DNA from: Auanema rhodensis | Taxonomy: Eukaryota > Animalia > Nematoda | Assembly: GCA_964057225.1 (NCBI GenBank) | Contig: OZ059896.1 | Coordinates: 5,208,001-5,272,000 of the forward strand | DNA length: 64,000 bases | Direction: 5' to 3' | Shown: positions 41,701-52,870 of the stretch, one piece after another | How the letters are laid out: the number at the start of each line of letters is the position of its first letter | Position numbering within the stretch: position 1 is the stretch's first letter | The notes under the pieces: model-generated | Database searches by the model: none | Told to the model about the DNA's origin: nothing | The model's input: only the letters and a program-made list of their open reading frames with translations | Position numbers and translations under genes: made by a program

Positions 41701-44700
41701 AGCATAAATTAAAGTTCACGTAAATTTCAAAGTCATGGTTACCATGCACCAATATCAATAAAAATTAGTTTTTAGACTAATATGGACATGGGGAATCTAA
41801 TTTTGAAAACCGCATCTCTTTATCTCTCACGTGAAGCGAGTTACATACCAAGGGCACATCACGTGTACATTTAATTAGCATTAATTAAAGTTCACGTAAA
41901 TTTCAAAGTCATGGTTACCATGAACCAATATCAATAAAAATTTGTTTGTGAACTAATATGGACATGGGGAATCTAATTTTGAAAACCGCATCTCTTCATC
42001 TTTCACGTGAAGCGAGTTACATACCAAGTGCACATCACGTGTACATTTAATTAGCATAAATTAAAGTTCACGTAAATTTCAAAGTCATGGTTACCATGAA
42101 CCAATGTCAATAAAAATTTGTTTTTAGACTAATATGGACATGGGGAATCTAATTTTGAAAACCGCATCTCTTTATTTTTCACGTGAAGCGAGTTACATAC
42201 CAAGTGCACATCACGTGTACATTTAATTAGCATAAATTAAAGTTCACGTAAATTTCAAAGTCATGGTTACCATGCACCAATATCAATAAAAATTTGTTTT
42301 TAGACTAATATGGACATGAGGAATCTAATTTTGAAAACCGCATCTCTTTATTTTTCACGTGAAGCGAGTTACATACCAAGTGCACATCACGTGTACATTT
42401 AATTAGCATAAATTAAAGTTCACGTAAATTTCAAAGTCATGGTTACCATGAACCAATATCAATAAAAATTTGTTTTTAGACTAATATGGACATGGGGAAT
42501 CTAATTTTGAAAACCGCATCTCTTCATCTTTCACGTGAAGCGAGTTACATACCAAGTGCACATCACGTGTACATTTAATTAGCATAAATTAAAGTTCACG
42601 TAAATTTCAAAGTCATGGTTACCATGAACCAATATCAATAAAAATTTATTTTTAGACTAATATGGACATGGGGAATCTAATTTTGAAAACCGCATCTCTT
42701 TATCTTTCACGTGAAGCGAGTTACATACCAAGTGCACATCACGTGTACATTAAATTAGCATAAATTAAAGTTCACGTAAATTTCAAAGTCATGGTTACCA
42801 TGAACCAATATCAATAAAAATTTGTTTTTAGACTAATTTGGACATGGGGAATCTAATTTTGAAAACCGCATCTCTTCATCTTTCACGTGAAGCGAGTTAC
42901 ATACCAAGTGCACATCACGTGTACATTTAATTAGCATAAATTAAAGTTCACGTAAATTTCAAAGTCATGGTTACCATGAACCAATGTCAATAAAAATTTG
43001 TTTTTAGACTAATATGGACATGGGGAATCTAATTTTGAAAACCGCATCTCTTCATCTTTCACGTGAAGCGAGTTACATACCAAGTGCACATCACGTGTAC
43101 ATTTAATTAGCATAAATTAAAGTTCACGTAAATTTCAAAGTCATGGTTACCATGAACCAATATCAATAAAAATTTGTTTTTAGACTAATATGGACATGGG
43201 GAATCTAATTTCGAAAACCGCATCTATTCATCTTTCACGTGAAGCGAGTTACATACCAAGTGCACATCACGTGTACATTTAATTAGCATAAATTAAAGTT
43301 CACGTAAATTTCAAAGTCATGGTTACCATGAACCAATATCAATAAAAATTTGTTTGTGAACTAATATGGACATGGGGAATCTAATTTTGGAAACCGCATC
43401 TCTTTATTTTTCACGTGAAGCGAGTTACATACCAAGTGCACATCACGTGTACATTTAATTAGCATAAATTAAAGTTCACGTAAATTTCAAAGTCATGGTT
43501 ACCATGAACCAATATCAATAAAAAATTTGTTTTTAGACTAATATGGACATGGGGAATCTAATTTCGAAAACCGCATGTATTCATCTTTCACGTGAAGCGA
43601 GTTACATACCAAGTGCACATCACGTGTACATTTAATTAGCATAAATTAAAGTTCACGTAAATTTCAAAGTCATGGTTACCATGAACCAATATCAATAAAA
43701 ATTTGTTTGTGAACTAATATGGACATGGGGAATCTAATTTTGGAAACCGCATCTCTTCATCTTTCACGTGAAGCGAGTTACATACCAAGTGCACATCACG
43801 TGTACAATTAATTAGCATAAATTAAAGTTCACGTAAATTTCAAAGTCATGGTTACCATGCACCAATATCAATAAAAATTTGTTTTTAGACTAATATGGAC
43901 ATGGGGAATCTAATTTTGAAAACTGCATCTCTTTATCTCTCACGTGAAGCGAGTTACATACCAAGTGCACATCACGTGTACATTTAATTAGCATTAATTA
44001 AAGTTCACGTAAATTTCAAAGTCATGGTTACCATGAACCAATGTCAATAAAAATTTGTTTTTAGACTAATATGGACATGGGGAATCTAATTTTGAAAACC
44101 GCATCTCTTCATCTTTCACGTGAAGCGAGTTACATACCAAGTGCACATCACGTGTACATTTAATTAGCATAAATTAAAGTTCACGTAAATTTCAAAGTCA
44201 TGGTTACCATGAACCAATATCAATAAAAATTTGTTTTTAGACTAATATGGACATGGGGAATCTAATTTCGAAAACCGCATCTATTCATCTTTCACGTGAA
44301 GCGAGTTACATACCAAGTGCACATCACGTGTACATTTAATTAGCATAAATTAAAGTTCACGTAAATTTCAAAGTCATGGTTACCATGAACCAATATCAAT
44401 AAAAATTTGTTTTTAGACTAATATGGACATGGGGAATCTAATTTCGAAAACCGCATCTATTCATCTTTCACGTGAAGCGAGTTACATACCAAGTGCACAT
44501 CACGTGTACATTTAATTAGCATAAATTAAAGTTCACGTAAATTTCAAAGTCATGGTTACCATGAACCAATATCAATAAAAATTTGTTTTTAGACTAATAT
44601 GGACATGGGGAATCTAATTTTGAAAACTGCATCTCTTTATCTCTCACGTGAAGCGAGTTACATACCAAGTGCACATCACGTGTACATTTAATTAGCATTA

Positions 44701-47002
44701 ATTAAAGTTCACGTAAATTTCAAAGTCATGGTTACCATGAACCAATGTCAATAAAAATTTGTTTTTAGACTAATATGGACATGGGGAATCTAATTTTGAA
44801 AACCGCATCTCTTCATCTTTCACGTGAAGCGAGTTACATACCAAGTGCACATCACGTGTACATTTAATTAGCATAAATTAAAGTTCACGTAAATTTCAAA
44901 GTCATGGTTACCATGAACCAATATCAATAAAAATTTGTTTTTAGACTAATATGGACATGGGGAATCTAATTTCGAAAACCGCATCTATTCATCTTTCACG
45001 TGAAGCGAGTTACATACCAAGTGCACATCACGTGTACATTTAATTAGCATAAATTAAAGTTCACGTAAATTTCAAAGTCATGGTTACCATGAACCAATAT
45101 CAATAAAAATTTGTTTTTAGACTAATATGGACATGGGGAATCTAATTTCGAAAACCGCATCTATTCATCTTTCACGTGAAGCGAGTTACATACCAAGTGC
45201 ACATCACGTGTACATTTAATTAGCATAAATTAAAGTTCACGTAAATTTCAAAGTCATGGTTACCATGAACCAATATCAATAAAAATTTGTTTTTAGACTA
45301 ATATGGACATGGGGAATCTAATTTCGAAAACCGCATCTATTCATCTTTCACGTGAAGCGAGTTACATACCAAGTGCACATCACGTGTACATTTAATTAGC
45401 ATAAATTAAAGTTCACGTAAATTTCAAAGTCATGGTTACCATGAACCAATATCAATAAAAATTTGTTTGTGATCTAATATGGACATGGGGAATCTAATTT
45501 TGGAAACCGCATCTCTTCATCTTTCACGTGAAGCGAGTTACATACCAAGTGCACATCACGTGTACATTTAATTAGCATAAATTAAAGTTCACGTAAATTT
45601 CAAAGTCATGGTTACCATGAACCAATATCAATAAAAAATTTGTTTTTAGACTAATATGGACATGGGGAATCTAATTTCGAAAACCGCATGTATTCATCTT
45701 TCACGTGAAGCGAGTTACATACCAAGTGCACATCACGTGTACATTTAATTAGCATAAATTAAAGTTCACGTAAATTTCAAAGTCATGGTTACCATGAACC
45801 AATATCAATAAAAATTTGTTTGTGAACTAATATGGACATGGGGAATCTAATTTTGGAAACCGCATCTCTTCATCTTTCACGTGAAGCGAGTTACATACCA
45901 AGTGCACATCACGTGTACAATTAATTAGCATAAATTAAAGTTCACGTAAATTTCAAAGTCATGGTTACCATGCACCAATATCAATAAAAATTTGTTTTTA
46001 GACTAATATGGACATGGGGAATCTAATTTTGAAAACCGCATCTCTTTATCTCTCACGTGAAGCGAGTTACATACCAAGGGCACATCACGTGTACATTTAA
46101 TTAGCATTAATTAAAGTTCACGTAAATTTCAAAGTCATGGTTACCATGAACCAATATCAATAAAAATTTGTTTGTGAACAAATATGGACATGGGGAATCT
46201 AATTTTGAAAACCGCATCTCTTCATCTTTCACGTGAAGCGAGTTACATACCAAGTGCACATCACGTGTACATTTAATTAGCATAAATTTAAGTTCACGTA
46301 AATTTCAAAGTCATGGTTACCATGAACCAATATCAATAAAAATTTGTTTGTGAACAAATATGGACATGGGGAATCTAATTTGGAAAACCGCATCTCTTCA
46401 TCTTTCACGTGAAGCGAGTTACATACCAAGTGCACATCACGTGTACATTTAATTAGCATAAATTAAAGTTCACGTAAATTTCAAAGTCATGGTTACCATG
46501 AACCAATATCAATAAAAATTTGTTTGTGAACAAATATGGACATGGGGAATCTAATTTTGAAAACCGCATCTCTTCATCTTTCACGTGAAGCGAGTTACAT
46601 ACCAAGTGCACATCACGTGTACATTTAATTAGCATAAGTTAAAGTTCACGTAAATTTCAAAGTCATGGTTACCATGCACCAATATCAATAAAAATTTGTT
46701 TTTAGACTAATATGGACATGGGGAATCTAATTTTGAAAACCGCATCTCTTTATCTCTCACGTGAAGCGAGTTACATACCAAGGGCACATCACGTGTACAT
46801 TTAATTAGCATTAATTAAAGTTCACGTAAATTTCAAAGTCATGGTTACCATGAACCAATATCAATAAAAATTTGTTTGTGAACTAATATGGACATGGGGA
46901 ATCTAATTTTGAAAACCGCATCTCTTCATCTTTCACGTGAAGCGAGTTACATACCAAGTGCACATCACGTGTACATTTAATTAGCATAAATTAAAGTTCA
47001 CG
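2712..47002 (+). repeat. SatA: 176-bp tandem satellite, ~252 head-to-tail copies (candidate centromeric satellite)
   Basis: CATGGGGAATCT recurs at 2713, 2889, 3065... (period 176). Consensus catggggaatctaattttgaaaaccgcatctctttatctttcacgtgaagcgagttacataccaagtgcacatcacgtgtacatttaattagcataaattaaagttcacgtaaatttcaaagtcatggttaccatgaaccaatatcaataaaaatttgtttttagactaatatgga. Usually 0-4 substitutions per copy; the only indels seen are +1 A near 40705, 41235, 43525 and 45635. Confidence 0.99.
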
Positions 47003-47211
47003 ATTGATATTGGTTCATGGTAACCATGACTTTGAAATTTACGTGAACTTTAATTTATGCTAATTAAATGTACACGTGATGTGCACTTGGTATGTAACTC
47101 GCTTCACGTGAAAAATAAAGAGATGCGGTTTTCAAAATTAGATTCCCCATGTCCATATTAGTCTAAAAACAAATTTTTATTGACATTGGTTCATGGTAAC
47201 CATGACTTTGA
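47003..47211 (-). repeat. Inverted SatA segment (~1.2 monomers, 209 bp)
   Basis: Forward array stops at ...ttaaagttcacg (47002); attgatattggttcatggtaaccatgac...catgactttga is the reverse complement of SatA. Confidence 0.97.
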
Positions 47212-47674
47212 TTAAAATGATATGATTGTTTAGATTTTCATTTGCTTTATGCTATTTTGAAAATTTGAATATTCTTAGTGTTGTATTTTTTTTAATTTTT
47301 ATTTTTTCTCTTTTTTTTTTCATATTTATACTTATATATATAAATATAATGTATATATTGAGAGATTTAGCTAACTAGTTAATATATTAGCATTTGTACA
47401 GTTCGGCTTTCATTGACTTTAGGAATGTGGGCGTGGTTTATTTACTCTAGTATACTCTATACATCTCCTGATAATTGTTTGATCTTATTTATATTTGTTG
47501 AAAATTCTTCACATTTTCTTATTGAAAGTGCTTCTTGATATTTCTTCTTTGCTTTTATTATTTGATTTTACAATGACTTGATATAACTTTCTTTTGTATC
47601 CTGTTCATGGAATGAATAATTATATACTGTAGTATAATTTGTACATCTCTTGATAATTGTTTGTTCTTATTTGT
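47212..47674 (+). repeat. Direct duplication, copy 1 (~226 bp unique AT-rich DNA + ~237 bp degenerate SatB)
   Basis: ttaaaatgatatgattgtttag...ttgtttgttcttatttgt recurs at 49047-49510 with only a few substitutions/indels. Confidence 0.95.
47438..47674 (-). repeat. Degenerate SatB, pyrimidine-rich orientation
   Basis: ttatttactctagtatac, tgcttcttgata and gtatcctgttcatgg match SatB with many mismatches. Confidence 0.85.
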
Positions 47675-48704
47675 TATCCATGAACAGGATACGAAAGAAA
47701 GTTATAACAAGTCATTGAAAAATTAAGTATTAAAAACAAAAAAAAAGTATCAAGAAGCATTTTCAGTAAGAAAACATGAAGAAATTTTAACAAATACAAA
47801 TAAGAATGAGAAAATTATCAAGAGATGCATAACGTATTATAGAGTATCAGTAAACATTTAAAATATGAACAGGTTTCAAAAAAAGTAATATCAATTCATG
47901 GGAAAGTATTAAAAGCAGAGAAGAAGTATCAAGAAGGATTTTCAGTAAGAAAACATGAAGAAATTTTAACAAATACAAAGAAGAATGAGAAAATTATCAA
48001 GAGATATATAACGTACTATAGAGTATCAGTAAACATTTTAAATATGAACAGGTTTCAAAAAAAGTTATAACAAGTCATGGTAAAATCAAGTTTTAAAAGC
48101 AAAGAAGAAGTATCAAGAAGGATTTTCAGCAAGAAAACATGAAGAAATTTTAACAAATACAAAGAAGAATGAGAAAATTATCGAAAGATGTACAAATTAT
48201 ACTAGAGTATCCGTAAACATTTAAAATATGAACAGGTTTCAACAAAAGTAATATCAAGTCATGATAAAATCAAGTATTAAAAACAAAAAAAAAGTATCAA
48301 GAAGCATTTTCAGTAAGAAAACAGGAAGAAATTTTAACAAATACAAAACAGAATGACAAAATTATCGAAAGATGTACAAAGTATACTAGAGTATCAGTAA
48401 ACATTTAAAATATGAACAGGTTTCAACAAAAGTAAAATCAAGTCATGATAAAATCAAGTATTAAAAACAAAAAAAAAGTATCAAGAAGCATTTTCAGTAA
48501 GAAAACAGGAAGAAATTTTAACAAATACAAAAAAGAATGAGAAAATTATCAAGAGATGTACAAAATATACTAGAGTAAAATATTATTTATTCCATGAACA
48601 TGATACGAAAGAAAGTTATAACAAGTCATGGTAAAATCAAGTATTAAAAACAAAAAAAAGTATCAAGAAGCATATTCAGTAGGAAAACATGAAGAAATTT
48701 TAAC
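47675..48704 (+). repeat. SatB block, purine-rich orientation (~5.6 monomers)
   Basis: gtatcaagaag..ttttcagtaagaaaacatgaagaaattttaacaaatac recurs every ~179-184 bp; ends at ...gaaattttaac (48704). Confidence 0.95.
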
Positions 48705-48780
48705 TTTGTTCGCAAATAAACAGTTGTTTATGTTATTCTTATCGTTTATATAAAATTTAAATATACATTTCTAGAATTGA

Positions 48781-48903
48781 GCGGCAAAATTAAGCGCCAA
48801 TATGCTTGGTGGCGATTACAATGGGTTTTTGCGCGGTGACCTCTACAGCACTAGTATAGAACGGAGATGCTAGGGTTACTATTCAACACACAGCTTGATC
48901 AGC
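48781..48903 (+). promoter_or_regulatory. Putative relic histone H4 proximal promoter and 5' UTR
   Basis: CpG-rich patch directly upstream of the H4 ATG: GCGGCAAAA at 48781 (reverse complement TTTTGCCGC fits E2F TTTSSCGC), CCAAT at 48797, TATA-like TATAGAA at 48855, ATTCA initiator-like site at 48881-48885, about 30 bp after the TATA-like box. The motifs are short; support comes mainly from position. Confidence 0.5.
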
Positions 48904-48948
48904 ATGTCTGAACGTGGTAAAGGAGGAAAAGGTCTTGAACTTATATGA
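48904..48948 (+). pseudogene. H4: Histone H4 5' fragment (orphon): MSERGKGGKGL, then unrelated ELI-stop
   Basis: ATG TCT GAA CGT GGT AAA GGA GGA AAA GGT CTT G matches the H4 N-terminus MSGRGKGGKGL at 10/11 residues (single GGA>GAA change). KGL distinguishes H4 from H2A. Homology ends at ~48937; TGA at 48946-48948. Confidence 0.85.
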
Positions 48949-49046
48949 TTGAATAATAAAATAGTGATTGACTTATCTGTGCTATGTGCTTGTTGTTGAT
49001 TAGAAGTTGAAGTAATGATGCTGACTACAACCGCTCTTTCTTTTTT

Positions 49047-49510
49047 TTAAAATGATATGATTGTTTAGATTTTCATTGCTTGCTTATGCTATTTTGAAAA
49101 TTTGAATATTCTTAGTGTTGTATTTTTTTAAATTTTTATTTTTTCTCTTTTTTTTTCATATTTATACTTATATATATAAATATAATGTATATATTGAGAG
49201 ATTTAGCTAACTAGTTAATATATTAGCATTTGTACAGTTCGGCTTTCATTGACGTTAGGAATGTGGGCGTGGTTTATTTACTCTAGTATACTCTATACAT
49301 CTCCTGATAATTGTTTGATCTTATTTATATTTCTTGAAAATTCTTCACATTTTCTTATTGAAAGTGCTTCTTGATATTTCTTATTTGCTTTTATTATTTG
49401 ATTTTACAATGACTTGATATAACTTTCTTTTGTATCCTGTTCATGGAATGAATAATTATATACTGTAGTATAATTTGTACATCTCTTGATAATTGTTTGT
49501 TCTTATTTGT
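49047..49510 (+). repeat. Direct duplication, copy 2 (probable source copy)
   Basis: Matches 47212-47674 at offset ~1836 and continues without a visible break on both sides. Confidence 0.95.
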
Positions 49511-49939
49511 ATTTGTAGAAATTTTCCAAAACAAAATGCTTCTTAACACTTTTTCTTTGTTTTTAATACTTGATTTTACCATGACATGATATAACTTTCT
49601 TTCGTATCCTGCTCATGGAATAAATAATAGTTTACTCTAGTATACTCTGTACATCTCCTGAAAATTTTCTCATTCTACTTTGTATTCTTTAAAAATTCTT
49701 CATGTTTTCTTACTGAAAATACTTCTTGATACTTCTTCTTTGCTTTTAAAACTTGATTTTATCATGACTTGTTATAACTTTTTTTGAAACCTGTTTATAT
49801 TTAAAATGTTTACTGATACTCTATAGTACGTTATATATCTCTTGATAATTTTCTCATTCTTCTTGGTATTTGTTAAAATTTTTTTATGTTTTCCTACTGA
49901 AGATGCTTCTTGATACTTTTTTTTGTTTTTAATACTTGA
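49274..49939 (-). repeat. SatB block, pyrimidine-rich orientation, most diverged at its left edge
   Basis: ~3.6 monomers. Mismatches to the SatB consensus are densest at 49274-49600. Orientation flips at ...aatacttga/agcattttcag (~49938). Confidence 0.93.
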
Positions 49940-52870
49940 AGCATTTTCAGTAAGAAAACATGAAGAAATTTTAACAAATACAAAGAAGAATGAGAAAATT
50001 ATCAAGAGATGTACAAAGTATACTAGAGTAAACTATTATTTTATCCATGAACAGGATACGAAAGAAAGTTATATCAAGTCATTGAAAAATCAAGTATTAA
50101 AAACAAAGAAAAAGTATCAAGAAGCATTTTCAGTAAGAAAACATGAAGAAATTTTAAAGAATACAATTAAGAATGAGAAAATTATCAGGAGATGTACAGA
50201 GTATACTAGAGTAAATAATTATTTACTACATGAACAAGATACGAAAGAAAGTAATATCAAGTCATGATAAAATCAAGTATTAAAAACAAAGAAGAAGTAT
50301 CAAGAAGGATTTTCAATAAGAAAACATGAAGAAATTTTAACAAATACAAATAAGAATGAGAAAATTATCAAGAGATGTATAACATATTATAGAGTATCAG
50401 TAAACATTTAAAATATGAACAGGTTTCAAAAAAAGTAATATCAACTCATGGGGAAATCAAGTTTTAAAAGCAAAGAAGAAGTATCAAGAAGGATTTTCAT
50501 TAAGAAAACATGAAGAAATTTTAACAAATACAAATAAGAATGAGAAAATTATCAAGAGATGTATAACATATTATAGAGTATCAGTAAACATTTAAAATAT
50601 GAACAGGTTTCAAAAAAAGTAATATCAATTCATGGGTAAGTATTAAAAGCAGAGAAGAAGTATCAAGAAGGATTTTCAGTAAGAAAACATGAAGAAATTT
50701 TAACAAATACAAAGAAGAATGAAAAAATTATCAAGAGATGCATAACGTATTATAGAGTATCAGTAAACATTTAAAATATGAACAGGTTTCAAAAAAAGTA
50801 ATATCATTTCATGGGGAAGTATTAAAAGCAAAGAAGAAGTATCAAGAAGGATTTTCAATAAGAAAACATGAAGAAATTTTAACAAATACAAAGAAGAATG
50901 AAAAAATTATCAAGAGATGCATAACGTATTATAGAGTATCAGTAAACATTTAAAATATGAACAGATTTCAAAAAAAGTAATATCATTTCATGGGGAAGTA
51001 TTAAAAACAAAAAAAAGTATCAAGAAGCATTTTCAGTAAGATAACATGAAGAAATTTCAACAAATACAAAAAAGAATGAGAAAATTATCGAAAGATGCAT
51101 AACATATTATAGAGTATCAGTAAACATTTGGAATATGAACAGGTTTCAAAAAAAGTAATATCAATTCATGGGGAAGTATTAAAAGCAGAGAAGAAGTATC
51201 AAGAAGGATTTTCAATAAGAAAACATGAAGAAATTTTAACAAATACAAATAAGAATGAGAAAATTATCAAGAGATGCATAACGTATTATAGAGTATCAGT
51301 AAACATTTAAAATATGAACAGATTTCGAAAAAAGTAATATCATTTCATGGGGAAGTATTAAAAGCAAAGAAGAAGTATCAAGAAGGATTTTCATTAAGAA
51401 AACATGAAGAAATTTTAACAAATACAAATAAGAATGAGAAAATTATCAAGAGATGTATAACATATTATAGAGTATCAGTAAACATTTAAAATATGAACAG
51501 GTTTCAAAAAAAGTAATATCAATTCATGGGTAAGTATTAAAAGCAGAGAAGAAGTATCAAGAAGGATTTTCAGTAAGAAAACATGAAGAAATTTTAACAA
51601 ATACAAAGAAGAATGAAAAAATTATCAAGAGATGCATAACGTATTATAGAGTATCAGTAAACATTTAAAATATGAACAGGTTTCAAAAAAAGTAATATCA
51701 TTTCATGGGGAAGTATTAAAAGCGAAGAAGAAGTATCAAGAAGGATTTTCAATAAGAAAACATGAAGAAATTTTAACAAATACAAAGAAGAATGAAAAAA
51801 TTATCAAGAGATGCATAACGTATTATAGAGTATCAGTAAACATTTAAAATATGAACAGATTTCAAAAAAAGTAATATCATTTCATGGGGAAGTATTAAAA
51901 ACAAAAAAAAGTATCAAGAAGCATTTTCAGTAAGATAACATGAAGAAATTTCAACAAATACAAAAAAGAATGAGAAAATTATCGAAAGATGCATAACATA
52001 TTATAGAGTATCAGTAAACATTTGGAATATGAACAGGTTTCAAAAAAAGTAATATCAATTCATGGGGAAGTATTAAAAGCAGAGAAGAAGTATCAAGAAG
52101 GATTTTCAGTAAGAAAACATGAAGAAATTTTAACAAATACAAAGAAGAATGAAAAAATTATCAAGAGATGCATAACGTATTATAGAGTATCAGTAAACAT
52201 TTAAAATATGAACAGATTTCGAAAAAAGTAATATCATTTCATGGGGAAGTATTAAAAGCAAAGAAGAAGTATCAAGAAGGATTTTCAATAAGAAAACATG
52301 AAGAAATTTTAACAAATACAAAGAAGAATGAAAAAATTATCAAGAGATGCATAACGTATTATAGAGTATCAGTAAACATTTAAAATATGAACAGGTTTCA
52401 AAAAAAGTAATATCATTTCATGGGGAAGTATTAAAAGCAAAGAAGAAGTATCAAGAAGGATTTTCAATAAGAAAACATGAAGAAATTTTAACAAATACAA
52501 AGAAGAATGAAAAAATTATCAAGAGATGCATAACGTATTATAGAGTATCAGTAAACATTTAAAATATGAACAGGTTTCAAAAAAAGTAATATCATTTCAT
52601 GGGGAAGTATTAAAAGCAAAGAAGAAGTATCAAGAAGGATTTTCAATAAGAAAACATGAAGAAATTTTAACAAATACAAAGAAGAATGAAAAAATTATCA
52701 AGAGATGCATAACGTATTATAGAGTATCAGTAAACATTTAAAATATGAACAGGTTTCAAAAAAAGTAATATCATTTCATGGGGAAGTATTAAAAGCAAAG
52801 AAGAAGTATCAAGAAGGATTTTCAATAAGAAAACATGAAGAAATTTCAACAAATACAAATAAGAATGAAA
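49938..52870 (+). repeat. SatB block, purine-rich orientation (~16 monomers), including an 894-bp 5-mer duplication and a run of near-identical 179-mers
   Basis: gtatcaagaagg at 52269, 52448, 52627, 52806 (period 179). Variant catttggaatatg and the look-alike ORFs at 51128 and 52022 give period 894. Confidence 0.96.

Larger units (their letters stand above)
48705..49273. other. Non-satellite island (~570 bp) between opposed SatB blocks
   Basis: No similarity to SatA or SatB. Has a GC-richer core at 48780-48940. Its last ~227 bp are the unique part of the 47212 duplication. Confidence 0.9.

Noticed and set aside
46277-46635. Two 60-aa ORFs in SatA
   Set aside because: They arise only where point variants (gtgaacaaat, ttcatc) remove stop codons in satellite monomers; no protein similarity is evident.
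2712-47002. CRISPR-like or RT-associated repeat-spacer array next to a reverse transcriptase
   Set aside because: There are no unique spacers, only whole-monomer tandem copies, and the RT is a eukaryotic CR1-type LINE protein, not a retron, DGR or Cas-linked RT.
2686-47002. SatA as the LINE's own 5' UTR monomer repeats
   Set aside because: The element breaks inside the endonuclease domain with no ORF1, so the satellite is flanking DNA rather than a native UTR.
47426-47436. GTGGGCGTGG resembling a DINE-1/Helentron or Sp/KLF motif at the SatB border
   Set aside because: Only 10 bp, with no supporting subterminal inverted repeats or 3' hairpin that I could identify.
48869-48879. TAGGGTTA telomere-like word
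   Set aside because: Single occurrence, not a tandem telomeric tract.
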